Shown here in pieces: positions 21,177-31,800 of a stretch of DNA of 57,211 nucleotides. A program made the position numbers and the translations under genes. The first letter of the stretch is position 1, and each line of letters begins with the position of its first letter. Under the pieces are notes generated by a model. That model ran no database searches, was not told where the DNA came from, and saw only the letters and a list, made by a program, of their open reading frames with translations. This stretch comes from an uncultured Clostridia bacterium (GTDB taxonomy: Bacteria > Bacillota > Clostridia > TANB77 > CAG-508). The DNA lies in assembly GCA_944393325.1 (NCBI GenBank), contig CALXZU010000005.1, positions 1 through 57,211 of the forward strand. Reading direction: 5' to 3'.

Positions 21177-24100
21177 ATGAATCAAAATGATAATCAAGAA
21201 AACAATAATCAAGAAAACAATAATCAGGAACCAATAAGAGTTAAGAAAAATGGAATAAAAACAAATATATTAAGAGCAGTAAAAGCAATTACAACAATAG
21301 CGTCACCAGTATTACCGCTTGTTATTGTAATAGTTTTATTAGGAATAACAGTTTTCGACTTTTCTGTTGAAATTTTCACGTCACAAGATACAACGAATTA
21401 TATAATAGAAAATTTAGAAATAGAAAATTTAAAAGAAATGGTAGAGATTAAGGAAGATGGGCAAGGTGGATATTATTTAGATTTTGTAGATAATTTTGAC
21501 GAAAAAATTGAGGAGATAAATAAAAAGATGAGTGAGACAACAGGAGTACACAATCTTCCAAAGTCAAGTGAAATGCTAAAGAAAATAATAAAAGCAGAAT
21601 TGGTTACACAATATCCAGATTTAGGAGGAGTTGTTCCCGAAGGTAGTGATGGATTTCAAGGAGCAGTAAAAATAAGAAGAGCAACGCCAGATAAAGAAAT
21701 TGAAGAAATGAAAAATACGGGGGTAGAAGATTCTATACCATTAGTAGAAAGTGATATATTAGATCCAGGAGGCGTAGGAAGGTATGAAGAAATTGTAAAA
21801 AGTTGGTCAGCTGGACAGAAACTAACGATAAGAGCAAGAGCTACTATATACGAACAGGAAGAATCTGAAATAAATCCTGGTTCAGATACAGGATATTGGA
21901 AAGAAGTATTGGATGATACAGGAAGAGTAAGAACAATAGCTAAAGGAACACAAGTAGAATATACAGGAACATATAAAAATAATACTAATCTTGCATCAGG
22001 AAATATAATTACATATGTAGAAATAAAATATGAAGGAGAAAATGTATATGTAAGAGCAAATTATTTATCAGATAATAGTGGCTCAAGTGAAGATGCAAAA
22101 GAAGCAAGTATAAAATCTAATTTTACAGTTTCATCAAGAGACGATGCTGATAGAGAAAAGAAAACAGAAATCGGTGGAGAAAAAGATGAATATGTAGTTG
22201 CAATAGCGGCAGGACGTAATAATACTGATGATAAAGGAGCAATATCAGGGGAATTAGTAGAGGAAGACTTAACAATTGAAGTAGCTGAAAAAGTTCAAGA
22301 ATTAATAGAAGAAAGATTTTCAAATGTGAAAGTTGTACAAACAGGAAGTACCTCAAGTAATAGAGGCGGAGTTAAACCTGAAGAAAGAGCACAGTTAACA
22401 AGAGAGGCAAATCCGGATTTGTGCATACAAATATATTTTAATTCAAGTTCTTCTGAAACAGATAATGGAGTAGAGGTTATTTATAAGGAAGGAGACGGAA
22501 TATCATTACAGTTAGCAGAAATATTAAGTGAAACAATTTCAGAGGAAATGGGGCTGGAGAATAAACAAGCAGGAACAGATGTAGATAGAACAGGTGGAAA
22601 TTTAGTAATAATAGAAAATGCAGCAACAACAGATTTTCCTTCAGTTGTTACGCAAGGTGGATATATTACTGGAAATAAAGATGCAGAAATTATAAAAGAT
22701 GGTGGAGTAGATAAATATGCAGAAGGAATAGTAAAAGGAATCCAAAAATATTTACAATCTCTACATGATGGTTATACTTCAACAGAAACTGAAGAAGAAA
22801 CTTTGACAGAAGGCATAAGTTCTGTTGTAAGAAATTTAAAATATGTACCACTAGAGACAATTGAACAATATATAGAAGAAGGAAATTTAGAGGCATTAGA
22901 GGTATTCTCTTTAGATGAAGATAATAATTTAATAACCGCGACATGGTCTTCAACAGATGGAGTTTTAACTTTAAGAAAAAATGCACCAATAAATTTAGAA
23001 ACAGCTTTACAAAAATATATTATGCCTTACGAGTATTTATTATTTTTCTATATAGATACAAATGATGAAGAATTTTCTATAGATTTGGCTGACACAGTTA
23101 TAAATGATACTGAAATTGTTATAGCACTTCAAGATAACGTTACAACTACACAAACTACAACAACAGTACAAGAAGAAAGAATAGATGATAATTCAGAAAA
23201 TGAATATGTTAGAGATATATCATCATCAACTAGTGTAACAGAAACATGTAGTACAGCAATAGATATAACATATGTTAAAACTTGGTTTATGAAAAGTTAT
23301 CAAGAAAATAGTTATAGTGAAGAAGTTCTTAACTTAGGAGATGAAGAATCAAAAATAGTAACAATAAAAGGACAAGTTTCAGAAACTACAAATAATTCAA
23401 CAACAGGATGGGAATTAGTTGCGAGTGGGGTTTCAGAAGATGCTCAAGATTACTATTCTATTTATAGAAGGGATAGTATTGATACTTGGAGAATAAGTAA
23501 TCAGTATGAATCAGGAGACTTAACAACAGAAGGAAACGAAAGTACTTTTGTAAAATTGTATAATGAACATAAAATGGATAGAAAAGTAAGGCCGGATTAC
23601 TTATTTATAATGCTTGCTGAAAATGAAAGAACAGCTAATATGGTAGACTTAACAAAATATTTAATATTTAAAGCAACTAATGTAAATTATGGTGTAATAG
23701 AATTTGATTTTACAGCTTTCCAAATAAGTAGTTTAACACCATCAGGAGGAAGCGATTATATAGTAGATACAACTCAATCACCAGAAGAAATTGTTATAAA
23801 AGACTTAGAAACGTTAAAACTAGCTTTTTCATGGTATCCTAGTGACCAAGTACTTCAAGAATATGCAGAATATTTTTTACAATTCCAAGAAGAATATAAT
23901 GTAAATGCAGTATTTGCAGCAGCAGTAGCTATTACCGAAAGTAGTGCAGGAACAAATATTCAAATTGGTGGAAATAATATGTTTAGTATTTCTGCCGGAG
24001 GACAGGGAAATTGGAATTCATATCATACAATGGAAGAATCAATAGAAGCATTCTTTAAATTGATTAGTAGAGAATATTTTACAAATAATCAAAATACGGT

Positions 24101-24653
24101 AGACTCAATAGCAAGAGGGAATCCAGAAGGAAGTCACATGTATTGTGTGCCACCAGATGATTGGATAAAAAACACATGTAATTACATGACGGAAATGTTT
24201 AGAACAGCAGGAATAGATGTGTCATCATTTATAGGTGGTGGAGGTGATATTGTAGCTATAGCAAAACAATGTCATGATTATGTAAGATTAAATGGATTTA
24301 CATATTTGCAAAATTATCTGCATAATACAATACCAATAGATGAAAGTGGATATAAAACAATAGATTGTAGTAGTTTTGTTACATGGGTTTTATATGAATA
24401 TGGATATACTGACTTAGGTGGATATCAACAAAGTACAAGTACATTGTTGGGATTAGCAAATAGTAAAGGTTGGACTGTAAAACCTGGTTCACAAGCACAA
24501 GCAGGAGATATAGTATTAAATCCAGGTGTTCACACAGCAATATATGCAGGAAATGGACAATTTTACGATTGCGGTTCTACTTCTCTTATACAACAAGAGA
24601 TAAATACATATAATCCAGGTTATGCATATGCAATTACTGTCCCAAAACCATAG
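21177..24653 (+). CDS. Multidomain cell-wall hydrolase: TM anchor, degenerate Amidase_3, GH73-like glucosaminidase, C-terminal NlpC/P60-like peptidase
   Basis: VVAIAAGRNN...DLCIQIYFNS (amidase-like), AAAVAITESSAG...NNMFSI (GH73-like), IDCSSFVTWV...GDIVLNPGVHTAIY (NlpC/P60 Cys-His). Confidence 0.8.
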   Translation: MNQNDNQENNNQENNNQEPIRVKKNGIKTNILRAVKAITTIASPVLPLVIVIVLLGITVFDFSVEIFTSQDTTNYIIENLEIENLKEMVEIKEDGQGGYYLDFVDNFDEKIEEINKKMSETTGVHNLPKSSEMLKKIIKAELVTQYPDLGGVVPEGSDGFQGAVKIRRATPDKEIEEMKNTGVEDSIPLVESDILDPGGVGRYEEIVKSWSAGQKLTIRARATIYEQEESEINPGSDTGYWKEVLDDTGRVRTIAKGTQVEYTGTYKNNTNLASGNIITYVEIKYEGENVYVRANYLSDNSGSSEDAKEASIKSNFTVSSRDDADREKKTEIGGEKDEYVVAIAAGRNNTDDKGAISGELVEEDLTIEVAEKVQELIEERFSNVKVVQTGSTSSNRGGVKPEERAQLTREANPDLCIQIYFNSSSSETDNGVEVIYKEGDGISLQLAEILSETISEEMGLENKQAGTDVDRTGGNLVIIENAATTDFPSVVTQGGYITGNKDAEIIKDGGVDKYAEGIVKGIQKYLQSLHDGYTSTETEEETLTEGISSVVRNLKYVPLETIEQYIEEGNLEALEVFSLDEDNNLITATWSSTDGVLTLRKNAPINLETALQKYIMPYEYLLFFYIDTNDEEFSIDLADTVINDTEIVIALQDNVTTTQTTTTVQEERIDDNSENEYVRDISSSTSVTETCSTAIDITYVKTWFMKSYQENSYSEEVLNLGDEESKIVTIKGQVSETTNNSTTGWELVASGVSEDAQDYYSIYRRDSIDTWRISNQYESGDLTTEGNESTFVKLYNEHKMDRKVRPDYLFIMLAENERTANMVDLTKYLIFKATNVNYGVIEFDFTAFQISSLTPSGGSDYIVDTTQSPEEIVIKDLETLKLAFSWYPSDQVLQEYAEYFLQFQEEYNVNAVFAAAVAITESSAGTNIQIGGNNMFSISAGGQGNWNSYHTMEESIEAFFKLISREYFTNNQNTVDSIARGNPEGSHMYCVPPDDWIKNTCNYMTEMFRTAGIDVSSFIGGGGDIVAIAKQCHDYVRLNGFTYLQNYLHNTIPIDESGYKTIDCSSFVTWVLYEYGYTDLGGYQQSTSTLLGLANSKGWTVKPGSQAQAGDIVLNPGVHTAIYAGNGQFYDCGSTSLIQQEINTYNPGYAYAITVPKP

Positions 24654-24664
24654 AGGAGGAAGTC

Positions 24665-25828
24665 ATGGAAAAATACAAAAAAATAATATTAATTATAGCT
24701 ATAATTGTAATAATTATAGCTATAGCATGTATAATACTTCTAATTGTATTAGATAAGAAACAAGAAGAGGAAGGTACAATTAAAGTAAATGAAGATGGAT
24801 CAGTTGAATTTTTTGAAGAAGGAGATTTAGGAATTGAATTTAAGCAAAAACAATTAAGAGAACCAACTGCATTCTTTTCTGTAGAAAATGCAATACAAAA
24901 ATATGTAAACTCTAATTTTACAGCAATTAGTATGAATGAATTATCAGGTGAAAGAATTATTAGTTATGCGGTATATGGACAGATAGAAGAAAATGATATA
25001 TTTTTTATAGTTAGAGTGGATATATATAACTTAACTTGTGAAATTGAACAATTAAATAGTAAAGATTATAATGATATTAATCAAATAGTATTAGAAGATA
25101 ATCAGACAGAAATAGCTAATAATGGAAATAATACTTTTGAGTATAAAAGAGTTTCAAATGAAGATATGTGTAGTAAATATTTGAAAGATTTTTCAGAAAT
25201 GGAAATAAACGATACACAAAAAGCATATTCTATGTTAGATGAAGAATATAGAGGTGAAAGATTTCCAACATTTGAAGATTTTGAAGAATATGTTAGCTTG
25301 TGTAGAGAAATAATACAAAATAGTGCATTATCTAGTTATAATGTTGAGTATTATGATGATTATACAGAATATATTTTTACAGATAATTATAACAATTATT
25401 ATACAGTGAAAACTGATGGAGTAGCTGAATACACAATATGCTTGGATAGTTATACTATAAAATCTGATAATTATGAGGAAGAATATAATAAATTGAGTGA
25501 CGAAAATAAAGTAAACTCAAATGTATATACATTTTTACAAATGATAAATACTAAAGACTTTAGCCATGCATATGAATTATTGGATGAAACATTTAAAAAT
25601 AATAATTTTAATAATTTAGATAGTTTTAAAGAATATGTAAATACTAATTTCTTTAATATAAATTTTAATGTAGAAGAAACTGCAGAAATTAATAGTGAAA
25701 ATGGCATATATACATACGAGACAACAATTAGGAGTGGAGCAGGAAGTTCTGCACAAAGTAAGAATTTAACAGTAATTATGCAATTAGGTGAAGGAACTGA
25801 ATTCGTAATGTCATTTAGTATTAATTAA
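24665..25828 (+). CDS. Bitopic membrane protein with two repeated domains (TcpC/VirB8-like, inferred)
   Basis: N-terminal TM helix; internal repeats KAYSMLDEEYRGERFPTFEDFEEYV and HAYELLDETFKNNNFNNLDSFKEYV. Confidence 0.65.
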   Translation: MEKYKKIILIIAIIVIIIAIACIILLIVLDKKQEEEGTIKVNEDGSVEFFEEGDLGIEFKQKQLREPTAFFSVENAIQKYVNSNFTAISMNELSGERIISYAVYGQIEENDIFFIVRVDIYNLTCEIEQLNSKDYNDINQIVLEDNQTEIANNGNNTFEYKRVSNEDMCSKYLKDFSEMEINDTQKAYSMLDEEYRGERFPTFEDFEEYVSLCREIIQNSALSSYNVEYYDDYTEYIFTDNYNNYYTVKTDGVAEYTICLDSYTIKSDNYEEEYNKLSDENKVNSNVYTFLQMINTKDFSHAYELLDETFKNNNFNNLDSFKEYVNTNFFNINFNVEETAEINSENGIYTYETTIRSGAGSSAQSKNLTVIMQLGEGTEFVMSFSIN

Positions 25829-25859
25829 ATTGTATAAGTTAAAAGTGAATAAATAAAAA

Positions 25860-25894
25860 AAAGCCGATGAAATTTTTGAGATTTCATCGGCTTT
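25860..25894. terminator. Terminator hairpin between convergent genes
   Basis: AAAGCCGATGAAAT-7nt-ATTTCATCGGCTTT perfect 14-bp stem. Confidence 0.8.
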
Positions 25895-25926
25895 CCTAAT
25901 CGCTAAAGAGCGTAGGATGATTAAAA

Positions 25927-26181
25927 TCATTCAACAATGAATTTAATCAATAGGAGTAGGGCAATTATACCCAAAATGACTCGGAATATCAGTTCACCAG
26001 GTTCAATGTCATCTTCTTTGGAGATTGCTTCCATAATTGCTGTAATACCACTAAGTATCAATGCTGCAAAGATTAATAGTGATACTATATCAAGGATAGA
26101 AGTGGCAATTGGAACATTTCCAGAGAAGATGAACACAAAAACCAGGAAAATGATAATGATGACAACAGCTTTAGCAATCAT
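25927..26181 (-). CDS. Small three-TM hypothetical membrane protein
   Basis: 84-aa hydrophobic ORF with GGAG RBS, converging on the 25860 hairpin. Confidence 0.65.
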   Translation of the reverse strand: MIAKAVVIIIIFLVFVFIFSGNVPIATSILDIVSLLIFAALILSGITAIMEAISKEDDIEPGELIFRVILGIIALLLLIKFIVE

Positions 26182-26354
26182 TTTTTCTCCATTCTATCAA
26201 AGAACTATACATAATATAATTATAGCATAAAATTCAATAAAAATCAAATAAAAACATTAGTGTAGCAATAGATAAAACATTTTTTTAAAATATAGAATGT
26301 TATATTTTATTTAAAAAATATTAAAAATAAAAAGTAAGATTACAATGTCTTACT

Positions 26355-26981
26355 TTAATTAAAGAAATTCATAATTGCCTTAAATATTGGATTATTATTA
26401 AATGTATTCATAAAAAAATCATGTATAAAAGGAATGTGCCAAAGGATAAAAAGAATACCAATAGTAATAAGTAAAGCAAGTATATTTTTTAAATAATCTT
26501 TAGGTGACTTTTTATACTTTATTTTATAACCCCTATTTTTTAAATCTTGAATATAAGCATCATGATAGGCCTTTTGTCTTGCTTGTTGTAATTCATTTTC
26601 ATATTTTAATTGTTTCTCATACTCGTTTTGTAAATCCACTTGTTGATAGCTGTTTTGTTGAGTATTATTATAATTTACATTAGAATGATATTTTAAATTA
26701 TTAATTTCGTCATGTAAATTCTTGTTTTCTTTAGATAATCTATCAAAATCTTCTTCTGAAAGTTCAGTTTTAGATAAAGTTTCGTCATATTTGGCTTTAG
26801 AAATTGGATTAGAAAGAACTTCATAGGCTTCGTTGATTAACTTTATTCTTTCTTCAGCATTCTGTCTCATATTTGATTCTTGTAAGTCAGGATGGTATTT
26901 CTTAACTAAAGCCTTATATGCTTTTTCAATAACCTCAGGAGAAGCATCTTTATCTACTTCCAAAATTTTATAATAATTCAT
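26355..26981 (-). CDS. DnaJ-domain protein with C-terminal TM anchor
   Basis: NYYKILEV...KKYHPD...INEAYEVLS J-domain; hydrophobic C-terminal helix. Confidence 0.9.
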   Translation of the reverse strand: MNYYKILEVDKDASPEVIEKAYKALVKKYHPDLQESNMRQNAEERIKLINEAYEVLSNPISKAKYDETLSKTELSEEDFDRLSKENKNLHDEINNLKYHSNVNYNNTQQNSYQQVDLQNEYEKQLKYENELQQARQKAYHDAYIQDLKNRGYKIKYKKSPKDYLKNILALLITIGILFILWHIPFIHDFFMNTFNNNPIFKAIMNFFN

Positions 26982-27562
26982 TTGTAAACTCCTCTTAAAA
27001 TTTTATAAAATAAATATAACATAAAAACAGCTAATCTTCAATAATTACATTGGAAAAATAAAATAAAAACAACAAAAAAATGAAAAATTAGTAATTAATA
27101 AAATCTTATAATTAGTTCTATTATATGTCGAAAAATATCAAAAAATGCGATGAAAAGTTTGAAAAATACTGGAAAAAACTTGAAATTTAATTTCCTATAT
27201 GTTAATATATTTTACAATAAACAAAAAACGTTTTTAAAATTTAATTTATTCAAAAATTAATTCTAAACAAATCCAATGAATAATAAAATAGTTTACATGA
27301 TGTATTTGGTTTGCAAATTAATATATTCATAATATTTGATTAATAATTTATTTAGTATTTATTCATAAGAATTTAAAATCTTATTTAAATTCCTTAGAAG
27401 TTTAGAAAAAATAAACTAAAGAAAAATATATAGGCTAAAAATCAAAGAAAACATAAGAAAAAGAAAGAAAAAAAGAGGAATAAAGATAAATGTCAAAATA
27501 TTTACTAAAAAAGCAACTTGACTTTAATAGTAAAAAGAATTACAATTTAAGGAGGAATAAGA

Positions 27563-28582
27563 TTGGAAATAGAAAATGTTGAAAAAAATAAAAATATCAA
27601 AACAAAAAAAGTAGATAAAAATAATATAAGAAAAAATAGACAATATAAGGTACATGATAGTGTAATAAAAGAAATATTAATAGCAAAGCAAGAAATAATA
27701 TTTCTAATGAGAGATTTTATAAAAATAAATCTAAATAAAAAAGACATAGAAAATTTTAATGGAGAATATAGGCTAAAGACAAATTTTAAAACGAAATTGT
27801 TAGATATGGTGTATAAAATAAAGCCAGAAGAGTCATTTATAACAATAGAACATCAAAGTACAGTAGATTATAAAATGGGAGAAAGAGTGAATGAACAGGC
27901 AATGGCAATAATAGAAAGTAGAAATGAGAATATGAAAAATAACAAAGAAAGGAAAGCACCAATAATATATCCAATAGTATTAAGTACATCAAGAAGGATA
28001 TGGGATGCACCATTAACAATAATACAAGATGAAAAAAATAAGTATAAACTGCCAGTATTAACATATCCAAAATATAATTTAATAGATATAAATAAATATA
28101 CAACAGATTATTTAATAGAGAGAAGAACAGGAATAGCATTAGGAATGGCATTCGAAAAAATAAGAAAAAAGGAAGATTTAGAATATGTAATAAAAAAATT
28201 AAAAACTTTTAAAAAAGTAAATTATTGGGAAAAAAGAGCAATGAAAATAATACTACGAAAAATAGAAGGAGTAATGCCATGGTTAATAAAGAAATTAACA
28301 GAAGAAGAAATTAAAAGATTAAAGAAAGAAATAATGAAAATAATAAATAAAGGAGGAGATTTTATGTCTAATTTCGAAAAAGCATTTAAAAAAATAATAG
28401 AAGAAGAGGGAAGAAAAGAAATGGAAAAAGGAAGGCAACAAGGAATAAAACAAGGAGTAAAACAAGGCGTAAAACAAACAATAAAGGGCTTTTTAATGCA
28501 GAATGTAAATGATGAGATAATAATAAATGCAACAGGAATAAGCAAGAAAGAATTGGAAAAATTAAAAATACAAATAATTTAA
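27563..28582 (+). CDS. Rpn/YhgA-like PD-(D/E)XK nuclease (RpnL)
   Basis: HD near the N-terminus, LDMVYK...TIEHQSTVDYKM, IYPIVL, C-terminal EKGRQQGIKQG repeats and ATGIS HTH-like tail. Confidence 0.8.
   Translation: MEIENVEKNKNIKTKKVDKNNIRKNRQYKVHDSVIKEILIAKQEIIFLMRDFIKINLNKKDIENFNGEYRLKTNFKTKLLDMVYKIKPEESFITIEHQSTVDYKMGERVNEQAMAIIESRNENMKNNKERKAPIIYPIVLSTSRRIWDAPLTIIQDEKNKYKLPVLTYPKYNLIDINKYTTDYLIERRTGIALGMAFEKIRKKEDLEYVIKKLKTFKKVNYWEKRAMKIILRKIEGVMPWLIKKLTEEEIKRLKKEIMKIINKGGDFMSNFEKAFKKIIEEEGRKEMEKGRQQGIKQGVKQGVKQTIKGFLMQNVNDEIIINATGISKKELEKLKIQII
28364..28582 (+). CDS. Internal in-frame small ORF (RpnS-like antitoxin)
   Basis: Strong AAGGAGG RBS inside the rpn gene before in-frame ATG 28364 (MSNFEKAFKK...). 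Confidence 0.65.
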   Translation: MSNFEKAFKKIIEEEGRKEMEKGRQQGIKQGVKQGVKQTIKGFLMQNVNDEIIINATGISKKELEKLKIQII

Positions 28583-28605
28583 AAATAATAGAAAGAGGAG
28601 ATTTT

Positions 28606-28815
28606 ATGTCTAATTTCGAAAAAGCATTTAAAAAAATAATAGAAGAAGAGGGAAGAAAAGAAATGGAAAAAGGAAGGCAACAAGGAATAAAACAAGGAGT
28701 AAAACAAACAATAAAGGGTCTTTTAATGCAGAATGTAAATGACGAGATAATAATAAATGCAACAGGAATAAGCAAGAAAGAATTACAACAAATAAAATTA
28801 AGAACTATAAAATAA
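28606..28815 (+). CDS. Free-standing duplicate of the Rpn C-terminal module
   Basis: Near-identical direct repeat of about 28350..28565 including the RBS; lacks one GVKQ unit and has a different tail. Confidence 0.75.
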   Translation: MSNFEKAFKKIIEEEGRKEMEKGRQQGIKQGVKQTIKGLLMQNVNDEIIINATGISKKELQQIKLRTIK

Positions 28816-28839
28816 TAGACAAGCAATTTTTTTGCTTGT

Positions 28840-31800
28840 CTATTGTGTAACTTTTGGCTGATTATCCAAAGAAGTTTTAGAACTATCATCTTTATTTTCA
28901 TTGTCGATAGCTTGTTTTCTATTTTGTTTAGTCTTTAAATTATCTTTAGCAACGGTCATTAAAAGTTTAATTCTATTAGTCTGGTTAGCCTCACTAGCAC
29001 CTGGATCATAGTCAATAGGTGAGATATTAGCTTCTGGGAATTTACTTCTAATAGTTTTAATAACACCCTTACCAACTACGTGGTTTGGAAGGCACGCAAA
29101 AGGTTGAACACAAACAATATTTGGAATATCATTTTCAATATATTCAATCATTTCAGCAGTCAAAAACCAACCTTCACCGGTTTGATTACCAATAGATAAA
29201 ATATCTTTAACTTTATCTTCCAAATGCCAAATATCGCATGGTGGTAAGTATCCTTTTTTAGAATTAGCTAAAGCTATTTTAACATCTTTTTCTAAAATAT
29301 CAATAAGTTTAATAGCGACTTTGCTAATTTTAGAAGAAGTCTTGTTTGTATTTAATAATTTATTAAAAGTAATTTTATGTGTTGCCATAAATTTGATAAA
29401 TCCCATAAAATCAGGTAAAACTACTTCAGCTCCTTCTCTTTCTAAAATATTTGCAACAAAATTATTTCCAAATGGATGGTATTTAATTAAAACCTCACCA
29501 ACAATACCAACTTTAGGTTTTTCAACAGATGTATCTAATTCTATTTTTTCAAAATCATTTACAATATCATAAATACTTTGTTTAAACTCTTTATTACTTG
29601 ATTTTGTAAGTAATTTCTTACATTTTTCCATCCAAGTATCAAATAATTTTTGTGATTCACCTTTATTTATTTCATAAGCTCTATTTTTAGTTAGCATTTT
29701 CTGTAAAAGATCTGCATAAATTACAGTTTTAAATAATCTTTCAATAAAAGGAACTGTAAGTTTAAAACCAGGCATCTTTTCCATACCAACAAAGTTTAGA
29801 GAAATTACTGGTACATTTGCAAAACCTGCATCTTTTAAGGCTTTTCTAATAAAACCAATGTAATTAGTAGCTCTACATCCACCACCAGTTTGTGAGATAA
29901 TTAAAGCAGTTTTATTAACATCATATTTACCAGATTGAAGTGCTTCAATCATTTGTCCTGTAACTAAAATAGATGGATAACAAGCATCATTATTTACATA
30001 TTTAAGTCCTGTATCAACAGTTTTCTGACTGCAATCTCTTAGAAGCTCTACATTATATCCAGAAGCTCTTGCAGCAATTTCTAATAACTCAAAATGTATA
30101 GGTGCCATTTGTGGGAATAAAATAGTGTATTCCTTTTTCATCTCTTTAGTAAATATCTTTTTGTTGATTCCGTAGTCGCCAGAACCTTTTTCATCATTCT
30201 TTTCTTGTTCACGTTTTTTCATACTTGCAAGAAGAGAACGGATACGAATACGAACAGCGCCTAAATTATTTACTTCATCTATTTTAATTAAAGTATACAT
30301 TTTATTATAACTAGAAAGTATTTCTTCTACTTCATCAGTAGTTACTGCATCAACACCACAACCAAATGAATTTAATTGTACAAGTTCTAAACAGTCGTGT
30401 TTACCAACAAAATCTGCTGCAGCATATAGTCTTGCATGATATACCCATTGATCTACAACTCTTAAAGGACGTTTTGCTTCTGTTTTATCAGAGACACTGT
30501 CTTCTGTTAAAACACATAAACCAAGAGAAGTTATTAAAGTATCAATTCCGTGGTTAATTTCAGGGTCTACATGATAAGGACGACCAGCTAAAACAATACC
30601 TTTCAAATTATTTTCTTCTATGTATTTAACAGTTTCACTACCTTTTCTTCTAATGTCTGCTTTACATTTTTGATATTCCTTTTCTGCTTTTTCAGCAGCT
30701 TCTTCAAGTTCTGCTTTTGTAAAATTATACTCTTTAAACTCATCAAGTTCTAATATCTTTTTAACAAGATTTTTCTTATCTAAAGGTAAAAATGGGTTAA
30801 TAAACTTAATATTAGGGTCTTTTAGACCTTCAACATTATTTCTCAAAACCTCTGAATAAGAAATTACAATAGGGCAATTATAATGGTTATCAGCTTTCTC
30901 ATATTCTTTTCTTGAATATGGTATACAAGGATAAAAGATAGTTTTAATACCTTGTTCTAATAAACTTTCAATATGTCCGTGAGAAAGTTTTGCAGGGTAG
31001 CAAACAGATTCAGAAGGCATTGATTCCATACCTTTTTCATAAGTTGCTCTTGTACTCTTTTCAGATAAAATAACCCTAAAACCTAAACTTGTTAAAAAAG
31101 TAAACCAAAATGGATAATCTTCATACATGTTTAAAACTCTTGGAATACCAACAATTCCTCTTGTTGCATATTGTTCTTCTAAAGGTGTGTAATCAAAAAT
31201 TCTTTGGTATTTATATTGAACAAGATTAGGTAAATTCTTCTTTTTAGTAATAGCCCCAGCACCTCTTTCACAACGGTTACCAGACACATGAATTTGACCA
31301 TTACTAAATTTATTTATAGTTAATTTACAATGGTTTTCACAAATACCACAACGAGTATGAGTAACTTTAATTTCTAATTTATCTAATTCATCTTCTTTTA
31401 AAATAGTAGACTTATATTCCATATCCATATTTGTTTCATATTGTTCTTTAGAAAGTAATGCCATACCATATGCACCCATAAGTCCTGCAATATCTGGTCG
31501 TATTACGTTTTTACCAACAATAAGTTCAAAAGCACGAAGAACAGCATCATTATAAAAAGTTCCACCTTGTACTACTATATGGTCTCCTAAAGTCTCAACA
31601 TCTCTAACTTTCATAACTTTTTGTATAGCATTTTTAATAACAGAATATGAAAGTCCAGCTGAAATATCGCCTACAGAATAACCTTCTTTCTGAGCCTGTT
31701 TTATTTTAGAGTTCATAAAAACAGTACATCTTGAACCTAAATCAACAGGTGTTTTTGATTTAATTGCTTCTTTCACAAACTCAGAAATTTCTATATTTAA

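Noticed and set aside
21180..21230. 15-bp tandem repeat encoding NQENN
   Set aside because: Low-complexity N-terminal coding repeat with in-frame units; not a CRISPR or regulatory array.
10086..25900. Integrative conjugative element inserted at tRNA-Ser
   Set aside because: No integrase, relaxase, coupling protein or duplicated tRNA 3' end was found, and composition resembles the core genes.
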